A stretch of DNA of 64,000 nt from Paraspadella gotoi. Lineage: Eukaryota; Animalia; Chaetognatha. The stretch lies in the NCBI GenBank assembly GCA_051294375.1, contig CM119269.1, positions 13,176,790 through 13,240,789 of the forward strand, written 5' to 3'. The stretch's first letter is position 1; every line of letters starts with the position of its first letter. This document shows, piece by piece, positions 22,129-36,897 of this stretch. Both the position numbers and the translations under genes were made by a program. The notes under the pieces were generated by a model. That model was given only the letters and a program-made list of their open reading frames with translations, ran no database searches and was not told where the DNA came from.

Positions 22129-22400
22129 CCAATCGAAACTCGCAACCTTTCCGTCGCGCGACGGAGTTCGACCAATAAAAACGATTTTAAAGAATCACAC
22201 GTCACAACGTCGACGACTCCGGCGCCCGAAGGAGAATTTCGACGAATCGAAATCGACCGGCGTGAAATTTAAAGCCGAGCCTTGACCAATTAAAATGGTA
22301 GGTATCTCGACCTCTTCGACCAATCGCGAACGCACTCATCGCTGAGAAGCTTTAATCGGACCAATCAGAACGCTCGGGTATGTTTTTGGACTTGACCAAT
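22129..22400 (+). promoter_or_regulatory. Cluster of six same-orientation CCAAT boxes (NF-Y-type promoter)
   Basis: CCAAT at 22129, 22172, 22286, 22320, 22361 and 22396, mostly in GACCAAT context, in a CpG-rich island followed by a pyrimidine-rich leader. Confidence 0.55.
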
Positions 22401-23313
22401 TAGAGCGCGTCGTTCCTCCGGCGTGGTTTCTTCCACCTCCTCACCCTTCCTTCCTCCTTTATTCCTCCTCCTCCTCCTCCTCCTCCTCTCCTTCTCGCCT
22501 CTCTCGTTGATGATTTCCGATTGAGAATGAAACAACGCGGGTGCAAAACGTCGGTGTACGTAACGTCGACGGCCTTGGCTCGCGTCTCTGTCTCTGTCTC
22601 GCTTCGATGCCCTCTCGCTCTCCCGACTTCTCGCTTCCCACGAGTTTCCCCAAAAAAATGCAAATCGATTTCGTAATCGCGTCGTCCGTCCGTCGTTGTC
22701 ATCGTCGTCGTCGTCGTCGTCGGACGCCTTTGTCCCAATCGTAAACGTGCGACAACAAAAAAAAAGTATTTTGCTGATTTGCATATTTTTCTCTCTTGCT
22801 GAGCGCGTGAAAATGAAGACTGCTTCACACTGGCGCCCGCTGAAGACTCTATGACTTATCGCAACGGTTGATCGCATTTCTGTTCGTTGCAGCGGATGTT
22901 TCGTTCTTTCCGATTACTTGTACTCCGCACTAAGCCTGATGCTCAGCTCCTCGCTCTCTGCATTGCAATATTATGTTCCTACTTATTTATAGTTGTTTTT
23001 TTAAAAGATTTTTACAATCTGACGGGATAAGAAAACAAAGAATAAGGTAAAGTCAAGTATGAAAAAAAAACAAAAAAACAAAATAGCACATCGCCCTTTC
23101 GCGTTTTTTTTTCTCGCCAAATCCGGAATTTGCGTTTTGCGGTTTTCGTCTTTTTCTTCTTTTGCCTCCGACGCCGAAAATCATCTCAAATTTCGCCGTG
23201 AAGACTTTTCAAAAAACCTTTCGGTGGAATTACTTTCCTATTCTATTCTATTCTATTCTATTCTATTCTATTCTATTCTATTCTATTCTATTCTATTCTA
23301 TTCTATTCTATTT

Positions 23314-23480
23314 TAGGCATAATTTTACTTTCGCCGACTGAAGTCAGGGGTGGTTTAGGGGTATTTGAGGGTTAGGTTTGATTAGGGTGAGGGGGGTTTA
23401 GGGTTAAATTTTAAGTAATTTAAGTAGTTATTTTTAAAAGGAGCCAAAACCCCAGTCGGCTTAAGTAAAATTTTACCCTA
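23314..23480. mobile_element. MITE-like element with ~27-bp imperfect TIRs and internal TTAGGG-like repeats
   Basis: Left end TAGGCATAATTTTACTTTCGCCGACTG; right end CAGTCGGCTTAAGTAAAATTTTACCCTA. A related copy lies at ~34945-35043 in RhoA intron 4. Confidence 0.6.
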
Positions 23481-24272
23481 TTTCATTCTATTCTAGTTAT
23501 TACATTTATCATTATTAAAATTATGATTGCTTATCAAAATTAAATTTAGCGTTGATAAAACAGAAAAATAATTCCGTGATTATAGAAAACTATTCGAGTA
23601 AATTTGCATTTGCAGTCTCAGAAATCATGGTGAAAATTCTAAATTTAATTGAAACAAAAATTGAAATCCTAGGAATCTACAACATTGTAATAAAAAATAA
23701 TATTGAATGAAAAATATTTTACCATTAATTTTTAATTCAATCAAACTTCAAAGAGCTACATTTATACATACTCAATAATATAAAATAAAATGTAAAACTT
23801 TATAGTTACGTTTTTATGGATTCGTCATAAAATTTTGCCGTTTAGTCGGTTCGGAATCAACTCGCTGACTCATTTTACTTCTATATGCAAATGATATTTT
23901 AGGCGTGTTATCTCAAAAGTCAAGATATCGCGTTTCTGGTTTTCCGAATTCGACGAATTTGACGACCGCTCGTCAAATCGACTCCGCGTGAGACGTTCGC
24001 GTCACGACGCCGACGGAGACGTCACACGAAAGATTGGACGTTTGAAAAAAAACAACTTTTGGACCCAATAAACTTAACCTCTAGAAAATTCGATCCAGTT
24101 ATGGATTCCCGCTGCGAGCAGCTGTGAGAAGCGGTCGAAGCGGAAGAAGCGGACGAAGGGGTAAGGAAGGGATTGGCTGCTAAAAAAAAAGAGGATGCGT
24201 GCAGAAAAATCGAAGGCTCGCTCTCAATCTTTGATTTCCTATTGCGGACGGGGGGTAGGAGAGAGAGAGAGA

Positions 24273-24317
<45 letters not shown>

Positions 24318-27300
24318 AAGAGGGTTAAACGTGATTTTAATTAAAAAAAGGAGCCGGTGAAACTTTTCTCTTCTCTTCTCTACGATTTTTATTTTTCACT
24401 TTTTATTCCCCTTAAACTTCCTGTTCTGGAATTCATTGTCCATATTCTCACTCTTTCTCTCTCGCTCTTTCTTTCTTCTCGCCATCCGTCTTTCGTTAGC
24501 GTGACTCATAACAATGCACATTGCACAATGTACCATGGTACATAGCCCGGGTTCCCTCCCTCACTTTGATGTGACCACGTCTTGGCTACGAAGTGATCCT
24601 CCAAGCAACGCTTCAAGCCCATGACCCTTTCTTTGGCAGCTGGAGAGTTTAAATAAGTTATGAAATTCATCTTCATGCCTCTCATCGCTTAATCGCAGTA
24701 CTACTACTACTATCACTTCATGAAAATTTACAAAATCACTTCTTTCACTATTTTTTTTTTATATTTTATAATATTAATGTTCAATTATTAAATTATTTAA
24801 TTATAAATATATTGTTTTTTAAATTTTTACTTGGAGGTCAGGGTTGTCTTCTGAAAATAGTGGGAGGTTATAGGACAAGTTGTCCTAATTTTTTAATAGA
24901 TATCATACATACATCATTCCTGTTAGAAAGTCATAAATAAGAATTCATAATATATAAGAACAGTGTATAATTTCTTTGGGGGGACCAAGGTTATACATGA
25001 TATGGTTGTATATGATTTTTTTACTATTAGGGATAAGATTACAAAGTAGAATCGTATGTTCTGATAGGGATTATATTATTATTATTATTTTTTAGTATTT
25101 GGGCATTATAAATAAAAGTACACATTACACAACATTGACCCTGATTTGAAAAAAAAAAAACGCTAAATTTCTGGATCTGTCTTCAATACAAATTTAAATT
25201 AGCTCCACAATTGGCATTTTTGAAAGACGGTTCCAGGAGGGGGGGCGTATTGTCACGTCGACTTCAGGACCCTAGACCCTAGACTGGATTGCCTTCAACT
25301 CTCTGCAATTTTCTCCTTTTTAAAATTCAATTGGGGCGTAGATAACGTCGAAGAGGGACGCCCTTTGCCCGCCCTTGGAAAAATAGGAGAGAGAGAGAGA
25401 GACAGTTTGACGGTAAATAAATAAGCGAAACGAATTTGGGGTTCGTCTGAAAAGGGAACCGGTATTGAGGCTCAATTTTGGAGAATTCCTGACCTTGTGA
25501 CGGAGACAATATGAGGTCGCGATTTGGGAAGATCCGTATCCTTCTCCTCTGTCAAATATAGTTAAAATTACGAGTCTAGGATTCCGTCGGAAAGTTTTTT
25601 ATTGCTTGATTGGATAATTCAAACAAAGTTAAATTTTTTATTAGCTTGCCCAATTTGTCAAGAACAGGAAGCAATTGAAGCTTTAAACTTTTAGTTTTTC
25701 TAGATACTTTTTTTACGAGTCATGTTTCTAAATTTTGATCTTCATTTTATATATTTAGGTCGTAGTGGTGTCATGTTTGCGGTAATTTAAATTCTTAACT
25801 GACGGGATCGAGAATTGGGAAGTTTAGTTATAAGTTATGTCCTGATCTTCCACGCTCTGCTGCAACCAGAAAGAACTAATTAAATCTCGATTTTTCAATT
25901 TTCTGCAATTGGGAAATATTGACTTTTAAACATATTAATAACATTCTTAAAATTAAAGAAAAAAAACAGCTTAAAAGTATAAGTTTGCAAAAAATTAAGA
26001 TATTTGTTATATTTATATTCTCATGAGTCATGACTAACAAACTGACGCAACAAATCTTGTCATAACCTTCTTAAATCGTCACTACTTCCCTACAGGCTCG
26101 CATTCTTCGGATGTATTTTACTTACCTCGCCGCGATGAAAAACATTTTTTAACTACCCAGCAATCGGATTAGTTTCTTGTTATAAGTTCGGTCTGAGTAG
26201 CTTTCCTCCGAGCATTAGCCACTGGGCATTGGGCATTGGGTGTAGCCTTGGGGGATTTACGGAATAAATTATATTGAACGAACACACATTGCTTTTTAAC
26301 GTAGTCCTTTCTAATCACAAAGTTGAATTTTGTGTTGCGTGCTGTTTTTATTCTTTTATTTACAATGTATATTGTAAATTGAAAAGGTAAAACGAAAGAA
26401 AAAGCAATACCTGTTTCCAAGGATAGTCGCTTATTTTAAGATGATACATGTTTGTTTTCAGGACAAACTGACCGAAAATATTATTGAAACGTATTTATTA
26501 TAACTCATTTTAAATATGGATATAAATGAGTTCTTGTTATACGAAAAGGCTTGAAAACAAAAATAAAATTAAAATGTTAATCTTTCGCCTGAGACCACCG
26601 CAAAGAAAGACATGACTAGCTGCCCGATTGACTTTCTCCAAAGTCAGAAAATTTAAAAGAGAGGAAAAGTTGTAGGAATTCTCTGAGCGACTGAGCTCAC
26701 CTTAGCTGACCTTTAAATTCACCGAAAAAAAACTTTTTGGCTGCGAATCTTAATGACTATTTAATGCCTTCTCCTCTTGTTTACTTTCTCTCCGAGAAAC
26801 GTAAACAAATTGCGTAAACGTAAAAACAAAAAGTCAACAAACGTTGGAGAGAGAGAGAAAAAAAAAAAGGTTTCGCTCCGACTCGATAAAAGGAGAGAAA
26901 TCGCGCCACGATCGTCGACGGGTCCCCCAACTTCGTCGTCTTCGTCGTCGTCGTGATCGTCGTCCGAAATGTCGTCACGCCCCTCGTCCGAGTCGACGGC
27001 GTCGTCGTCTTCATCGTCCAGGTCGTCGTCGTCTTCGTCGTCGTCACGCCCTGATTGCTATAGGCCGTTTTCTCTTTGCAGTTGGTTACTCGGGGGGGAA
27101 AAAAAATTACCGTCTTATTTTATGAAAAAAAATATTTTAATATTCGGATCTCTAATCTTTGATAATTTATTTTCCTTATGACCATTGACCGTTATTGATT
27201 TTTTTTGCTTCAAATGCAGTTTTCAATCGAATTCATGATTACTTTTCATCCAAACAGATAAAATATAAACAAACTCTTGCTGAAGAAAAAAAGGAATCGA

Positions 27301-27365
27301 CAAAAAAGAGGATTTAAATATTTTCTTCTTAGTTTGAAGAGGAAATAAAATAATAAATAATAATA

Positions 27366-30300
27366 ATGGCGGCCGCTGTGTCAAGACCGAATTCCTTTGA
27401 CGTTTCGCCGAATTTCAAGTCCTCAGTCTTTACAGGTAAACATATTCGAGCCCTTTGTATGTATTAATAAAACCGTTCAACAAACAAATCAAAATAGGCT
27501 TCAATTTTAAAGAGGGAATAAAAAACCTTACGATAAAAACACTTTTCTTATCAGCTTATTACTTTGGTTGCGTCGAGTGATGATTGACGATAAATATTGT
27601 AATGACGTAAACTGAAAGTGGATTTGAACGATTACAATTGGGCCATTAAAATCAGGAATTTGAATATGTAAACAAAGAAAATAACTGAATAAATTACATA
27701 GATTGTATTTTATTACGATTTATATTTATTTATATATTCGTCGTTTTGCTTCGGAAATCTCCACAAAAGCGAAAGGAAAANNNNNNNNNNTGGGTCCCCT
27801 TAAAAAAGCAACGAACCAAAGAAAAGGGAGGAAATGAATCAGAGAAGAAAAAAAAGAGCAATAAAATTAAAAAGAAAAGAGAATCGAAAATGAAAATGAA
27901 AAAAGAAAAAAAAGAAATTGAAAATCAAAGAATTAGTTATAATATTCAGACCTTTTTTTTATTAACAACGGAATTTTAAAAGATCCCCGTAAAGAAACGG
28001 CTACAATTGTAAACATACGATACCTGCCAATAGTTATAGATGTAATTGTCATAGGAGAACGTAGAAACACGCAGTAGACTTTAGTTGTGCCGCAACGAAC
28101 TATCGAAACATCCCTCCATTCCTTTAGAGCCGCTGCCGACTTCATCCGTTCAGACGACCCCACGGATGGAGCGACTGGCGACTGAGGGTCTTGCCAACAA
28201 CGAAAAATCTCATGAAAAACTCTTCGGCAGCAAAACGGATGTCCGACCTGTTAAGGTGATTTGTTAGCTGAGAGAGTAGGATTCAAGGTCTTTTGAAAAC
28301 GACATGGTAACGTTAAATCGACACACAGCATTGGATTGATCTTTTGATTTTCGCTAGCCTCATTTTAAACTTAATTACATCATGTATCCGCCGATTATTA
28401 AGATGTCCTCAGTAATGCAATATTTCGTCGATTTAATTAAGAACGTAACAAGGAATAACGGGCCAATCGGAAAGTGATTCATTAAGTGAGTCATCGAGTT
28501 CCCCCGCCAATACTAGCGACGCAACCAATAATTAAATCACCCATAATTGATAAATGTACAATTTCCTTCAGCGTCGCGACGAAAGCCACGACCATCTCTT
28601 CGGTTCATCGCAGCCGCAACTTCGCCGCAGCGCCTCCATGAGGGTCAAGGGTGACTCACACAGCAAGCTCTTTGGCGGGACGGACGGTGAGAAAAAAGGG
28701 AAATCGGGTGGAGCGGTGGAGAAGCGGTTGAGAAGCGGTGGAGAAGCGGCTAAGAATTAAAAAAGATTAATGAAAGCGAAAAAGTTAAAGAAATGCAAAT
28801 CAAGGCGAAAAAGAAACGGAAGAGAAGCGATAAAAGCGGAAAAGCATAAAAAAAGCGGAAGAAACACTTAAGAGTAGCGGAGAGAAGCGATAGAAAAACT
28901 AAAAAAATATGGGAAAGAGACTTAAAAGTGGAGAAAACCAAAAGAGAGGCGAAAGAGAAGGGAATAAAAGCGGAAGAGAAGCGAAGGACGATACTCGGTA
29001 GGAAGTCGCTAATTGTGATACAAATTGATCTTTATTCAAACACTTTTTTTTTTTAAACTTTTTCCTCACTTCACACGAATTCTGTTTTTCATTTATCATT
29101 TCACTCTTTACTTTCAAATTACTCTCTGCCCAACAGGAACATCTTCCCTGCGTCGTCGTCTCCCCAAATCTAGAAAATCTTTAGAGGGCGTCTTCGGCGC
29201 CGACGTCAACGGAAACGTTCACGTGAACGGACACGTGAACGGAAATCAAGTTAACGGACAAGTTAACGGACAAGTTAACGGACAAGTTAACGGACAAGTT
29301 AACGGACACGCCCATGGAATGAGAAAAAGTAATAAATATTGCTGTGTGACGAGCAAAATTATAAAACGATGTTTACGATGTCTCATGACAAATCGATATA
29401 AATGAAAGATTATATAATATTAATAATAAATAGTGATAATTTACTAATTTCGCAGTTTGAAGATAAGAACTTTGAAGTTCTTGCATCTTGATGGCTATGA
29501 TATATGATGTAAAATAAGTTATAATAGTCTAAGGTTATTTTGTAATAATAATATCATTTAATATTTCCTCTTCCAGTTTCGACGCCGACTTCCCCAACTT
29601 ATTCGTCGACTATTTTCGCTCCGGTTGTCGAGGATCAAGTATCCGAAGCATCTGATTTCGCCCCACCGGTTAGTTGCTCACAGAGCAGTCAAAATGGCAA
29701 ATTTTATCTATAACTAATTGTGAAAAATCACCTTAGAACGGTTGTACTAACGATAAATTGATTGAAAAATATATTTTAAAGCATATAGTGCGTAATACGT
29801 TCCAAGCATATTTTTAGACTCGAAACAACAAACTTCAAAATAGAGGTTCATAGTTGGTCATTGTAATTAAAGAGATGACGCGTTGACCCTAAAATCGGTC
29901 GTCACCAAAACCCCCGACAGATGTCGCCAATTCCTCGACCGAACACCGCTTCCCGCCTTCGCCGATCCTCCAGCATGCGCCTCCCCTCTTCCTCTCCCGC
30001 CTCTTCTCCTCGGCCCTCGTCATCCGGCTCTTTCCGTCCTTCGTTCAACCCGATCACCGGCCGGGAGATCGGCGCCGAGAACAGGGTCTTTCTCATGGAC
30101 TGCGACTCCAGGTTCGGACCCCGAGAAGGGGGACTGTGTAGATTGAGGAGATGGGAAGGCCGTGGGAAATGGCATGGTTTCGTACGCAAGGACCAAAGCT
30201 TTTTTTTTTGGTTTCAACTATTGATTCCATTTGGCTAATTCTGGTAAAAAAAAAATACAAGCTTTACCTCATTCGTTCAGTTCAGACATTTTTTTATTTC

Positions 30301-30696
30301 TGAAACTTTTATTTTCCAATATTTCCCCATTTTATCTGAAATTCGGAATTAACTTAATTTTTTTACTGAAAGATTAAATTAGAAGTTGATTAGGGGGTTA
30401 AAGGCTATAGTTATAAATTAAGGATAAGGGTTTAGGATTAGGGTTAGGTTTATAAGTTTAAAAACATATTGAGGTTAAATATCAAAATTAAATTGTGGCA
30501 TAAACGAGCAAAAATTAGGCGCTCTGGGAAAAGATTACCAATATTTAACCGTAGTAGAGGAATATATAATATTCGTCGTCACACCATCATATGATTTGTC
30601 TTTCTATCTTTCAGAAGATCGTCGATCTCGTCTTCGCCGACGCCGCCATCTCCTCGTCGCCCGCCGCCAGGAGGATTTTCCAACGGGCTTTGGTAG
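27366..30696 (+). CDS. Jupiter: Jupiter / JPT (HN1)-family microtubule-associated protein, 7 coding exons
   Basis: Exons 27366-27435, 28128-28255, 28572-28686, 29137-29328, 29577-29668, 29921-30111 and 30615-30696 join in phase. Motifs: SHEKLFG, SHDHLFG, DSHSKLFG, NPITG and C-terminal PPGGFSNGLW*. These match my recollection of Drosophila Jupiter (DSHSRLFG, NPVTG, PPGGYSSGLW). Confidence 0.85.
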
Positions 30697-31149
30697 AACA
30701 AGAAAAAAAAAAGGGAAACGACAAAATGTATCATCCGCTTAAATTAAATGTTCATAAGTTTACACTAAACTCGATCATCACCGCGTTCCAGAGATAATTT
30801 CTGTATCGGAACAATATTGATTCTGTTGGTTAACTTATAAAAGTAAAAGGGGCGCTTATTTATTTGAAAAAAGCATAAAAAAGGTTTGCTTTTTGAAAAA
30901 ACGACGTGACCAAATTATAGCCTGATATCTGGACTTATAAAACTAAATATATTTATAAAGAAGCCCTACCTATGAAAAAATGGTTTATTTATTCAATAGC
31001 ACTTCTGTATATTGTGTATATTAAACTTATCTAAACATTTGTATAAATTTGTTTAAGCAAAAGAGAATAAGTTTCAAATTAAATAACTAGTCAACGACTA
31101 ACTTTGAAATTAAAGGCTAATCTATTTATCATGTTTCTCTCTCTCATAC

Positions 31150-31180
<31 letters not shown>

Positions 31181-31978
31181 TCTCCGAAAATTACATATCG
31201 ATTTATCGGCTATGGATATATCCGAAATACCCTAGAAAACTAATTTGCTCTTGGTATAGAAAAAGTTTTTATTTGTATAATGTATATGGCTTTACGGTTT
31301 TTGTTGTAACTTCGATATAACCGTGGGATTGGGCCTACACAGAATTAATAAACGTTGAACAAACCAACAAATTGTTTAAAATTACTTGCATCTGCCTACA
31401 CGTAGTCAGATCGATATTTCGACTCGTTCTCTTAGCTAGCACTTCTAAAAAGCTTCTCTCAATGACAAGTAATTACGTGTTTTTCCTCTCCTATCTCCTT
31501 TTATCCCTTCGTTTTTCTTTCCCTACACGCATCGGAAGTCACGTTTCGCGCAGGGGTGCTAAAGCTAAAAAAATTGGGAAAAACAAGAAATAACAAGATA
31601 CTAATTTATTTCGTTTCATCGGTTCTATTTTTTATACGTCGTAATAAGCTTCGTTTATTTTAAATTTTTTGGTACAAACTGCAACTATTTTATTTTGAGT
31701 CATTTTTATCTCTGTACAATAAAAAAAAATTACTCAGTAAATCGAACCATGTTTATTTAAGATTTTTTAATTTACCATGTTGTCGAAACTTTTATAACTT
31801 TTAATACAAAGATCGATAACAATAATGCACATATTCAAAAAATTTGGTGTTTTCTGATTGGAATAAACTCTTTTGATGCAAAATATTATTAAATTTACTG
31901 GTGTAGTGTGGAAAAGAAAACAGGCATCTGAAAAAATACATTAATTTAAAGAAGAAACCAAGAAAAACATAAACATGT

Positions 31979-32102
31979 TATGTTATTATCTTGCAAGTGT
32001 GATGGAGGCCTTAAACCACCAAAGCCTGTCCAAAGTCAGGGACAAGATAGCTTATTTATTAAATGGATGGATAATTTTTATATTGGTTGTACCAATTTCA
32101 TA
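31979..32102 (+). mobile_element. Dispersed repeat, probable 3' end of a non-LTR retroelement
   Basis: The segment ...CTTAAACCACCAAAGCCTGTCCAAAGTCAGG...TTGGTTGTACCAATTTCATA recurs at 45160-45332 (+), 55701-~55975 (-) and 57745-57904 (+). It is diverged at 53931-54070, with fragments at ~6270-6302 and 12313-12340. Confidence 0.7.
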
Positions 32103-32925
32103 AAACATTTTTTATGTATGAATTTCTGGATAGCTGCCGAGATACCCTCAAAACTTTCTCTTTATAGATTGTGCTTAGCTTACTTTGCGTACATAGGGAC
32201 TCGGCAATAGATAAATGCAACACATAGTCATAGATATATAAATATTGGTTGTCCAAATTTCATAATTTCGAGTCGTTACTTTAAAATACAATGGCAAAGA
32301 CGTAGTGTTGGTTACAAACAAAGTTATGCTGCCAAGATTAATTTCAAATCCTCCCGCCTTCCCCGTTTCGATTCGATCGAGACTCGGATTTTCCTCCGAC
32401 TCTTTTTTTCCCTTTTACCTGAAATCGTGACGTCATCCCCGATCCGAACAAAATTCTGCTGCGCGAGGTGTGGCCCTTTTTGGGCCACCGACGAAAACCG
32501 CCATATTTTCGCGAAAATACGTTCAAAGTGATGCGCGGACCCTGACTGTGTAGCTTTACTCGATGGTCGTCGCTCTGACGAAACCTCTGATTATTTTGCT
32601 TTCAATTTCGTATATATTCCGGAAGTGAAAAGTCGAACAAGAAAAAAAAAAGCCTTGAGGCAACGAACGTTAATGCGGGAGGCGGGATTGATGCAAAATG
32701 CGGGAATTCTTTTTACGATTCCCTGATTACTCAAATAATTTTGTGGATTCTATCAACTATTTCCAAACAAAAAAAAAAAAAAAAAAAATGATTGCATATG
32801 TCGTGTATTTTGTCACGTCATTTTTTATACTTCAATAATTCAAAACATATTTCTAAACGAATTGTTAAATATATTAGTTACTCGAATAAAAAATTATTAG
32901 TATTTTCAGCATCTGCAGCATTTGA

Positions 32926-35162
<2,237 letters not shown>

Positions 35163-36897
35163 ATAAACCAACGTTAACAACGTAATCAACAAAGACTAAA
35201 ATCTCGTCGACGCTTCGAAGCGAGAGCGCTTGGGGTGAACCGGTAAAAAATTAACGCTCGTGTGTGAAATTCGCATTTTATTTTCTTTCTACTAGTGAAT
35301 TTTTAATTGCAAAGCTCTCGAATTTCGGGCTTGAAAGACGGATATTAAAATTCCATAATTTCTTTGTTTCTATACATATTAATATCAAATTTTGGTCTCT
35401 TTTTCGATGGAGCTTTATCGCCGACTCTAGTCTGGCAAACGATTGTACCACCTGGAAGAACTTGTCATTAGCAAGGGCTAACGGTCTCCATTAAGCCTTG
35501 TACATTTTTTTCATAGAGAGCTTTTTCCGAATGATTCTTTTATACAACGTTAAATTTTTTAACCATAGATATCGATGTTTAGTTTACGAAAAATAAAGTA
35601 GATGTTTTCTATCGCCATTTTCTGTTAATAGGTACATTCTTTGTTTACTGCTAGACTGATTTTCTGGTTTTTAAACTAAATTTTACAACTAATTCACTTA
35701 CGTTATAGCTTTATATTCCTCTAATTTTCTTTTTTGGTTAGCTGTTGGAATAGTATCATGAGGACATTGATTCATGAATACGTATGTATTGTTAAAAAGT
35801 TTTGCGAATTATATTAGAAGTCCTCTTGACTAAATTTTTTTATACATAATGACATTTTAAAACTTGTAGTTTAAGTAATTACTAGTTATCAAGAAAAAGT
35901 GAATAGCAAAAACTGGAGTGTGCCTAGAAATATTTATTACGATTGAAAAAAAGAATCAATTTAATTACAAATAAAATATTTTTTTTTACTATTCAGGTCT
36001 TAAATTTTTCGTTCTTGTATTCTTTGATGACTGTTTGCTACTGCGGTCTTCAAGATTTTCCTTTTGATTGCGAAAACTCTGTAATTTTTAGGGTTTATGG
36101 TTTAATATAGAGCTTTATTTACGTTCGCATATATTTAGAATGAAATCTATATTCTATTCAGCTCAGTGTACTATGTCTGAAGTTTTAAGGCAGTGTTGAA
36201 ATATAAATAGCTACAGTTAGCGTTTAAGTGGAGATATAAACCAATTAACTACTTCCGTGTGTTGCTAAATTTAATTTCCAAAGAAGCCATGAATGCCTCG
36301 TAAAGTGGATCTGCGCAACAACTGACACTGTTCTCCAAGTTCTTAGATTCAGCCACTGCAATGCCATCGTTATCCTAGGATGTTGTCAAAAAACTCGACG
36401 ACTATACCGTATCAACAATTCCGGAATCCAATTAATCATGTTTGTTTCTAAGCTAGTAATTTAACCAGTCACTTAACTGCCTTCAGGGTTGATCCTCAGA
36501 CATTTAGATTGGAAGGCTTGCCTCCTCATCCAATTACTAATGTGAACAGTAGTCTACAGTGTAGATGGATTTGCAGTCACGTCATTCATGTTACCGGTAT
36601 CAAAATGTAATGAAAAGGTCAGGCGACGAAACCATGTCAATCACTCGATGAATCACTAGATTTAATTAAATATTGTCACTGCCTATTCTATCTTGATAAA
36701 TCCACTAGGCCCACAGCATTTCAAAAGCTTGACAAAGATTTTCTATTAAAGGACACTAATATTAATAATGTAAATGACTTCAGAAGTGACAGAAAATAAA
36801 AATCCTTGTGTAAGTGAAAGAAAAACATGTAAATAATGCGACTAGATGACTGAACTGGAAAGTAAAAATATTCCATCGCAGACATTAATCGTTCGTT

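Noticed and set aside
22810-22975. Possible C/D snoRNA or miRNA hairpin
   Set aside because: The box motifs are imperfect, and I see no terminal stem, recognisable guide or known mature miRNA.
36605-36645. Hammerhead-like GTC-AGGC-GAC-GAAAC-CAT-GTC
   Set aside because: It lacks the CUGANGA core and helix I, so it is probably a chance match.
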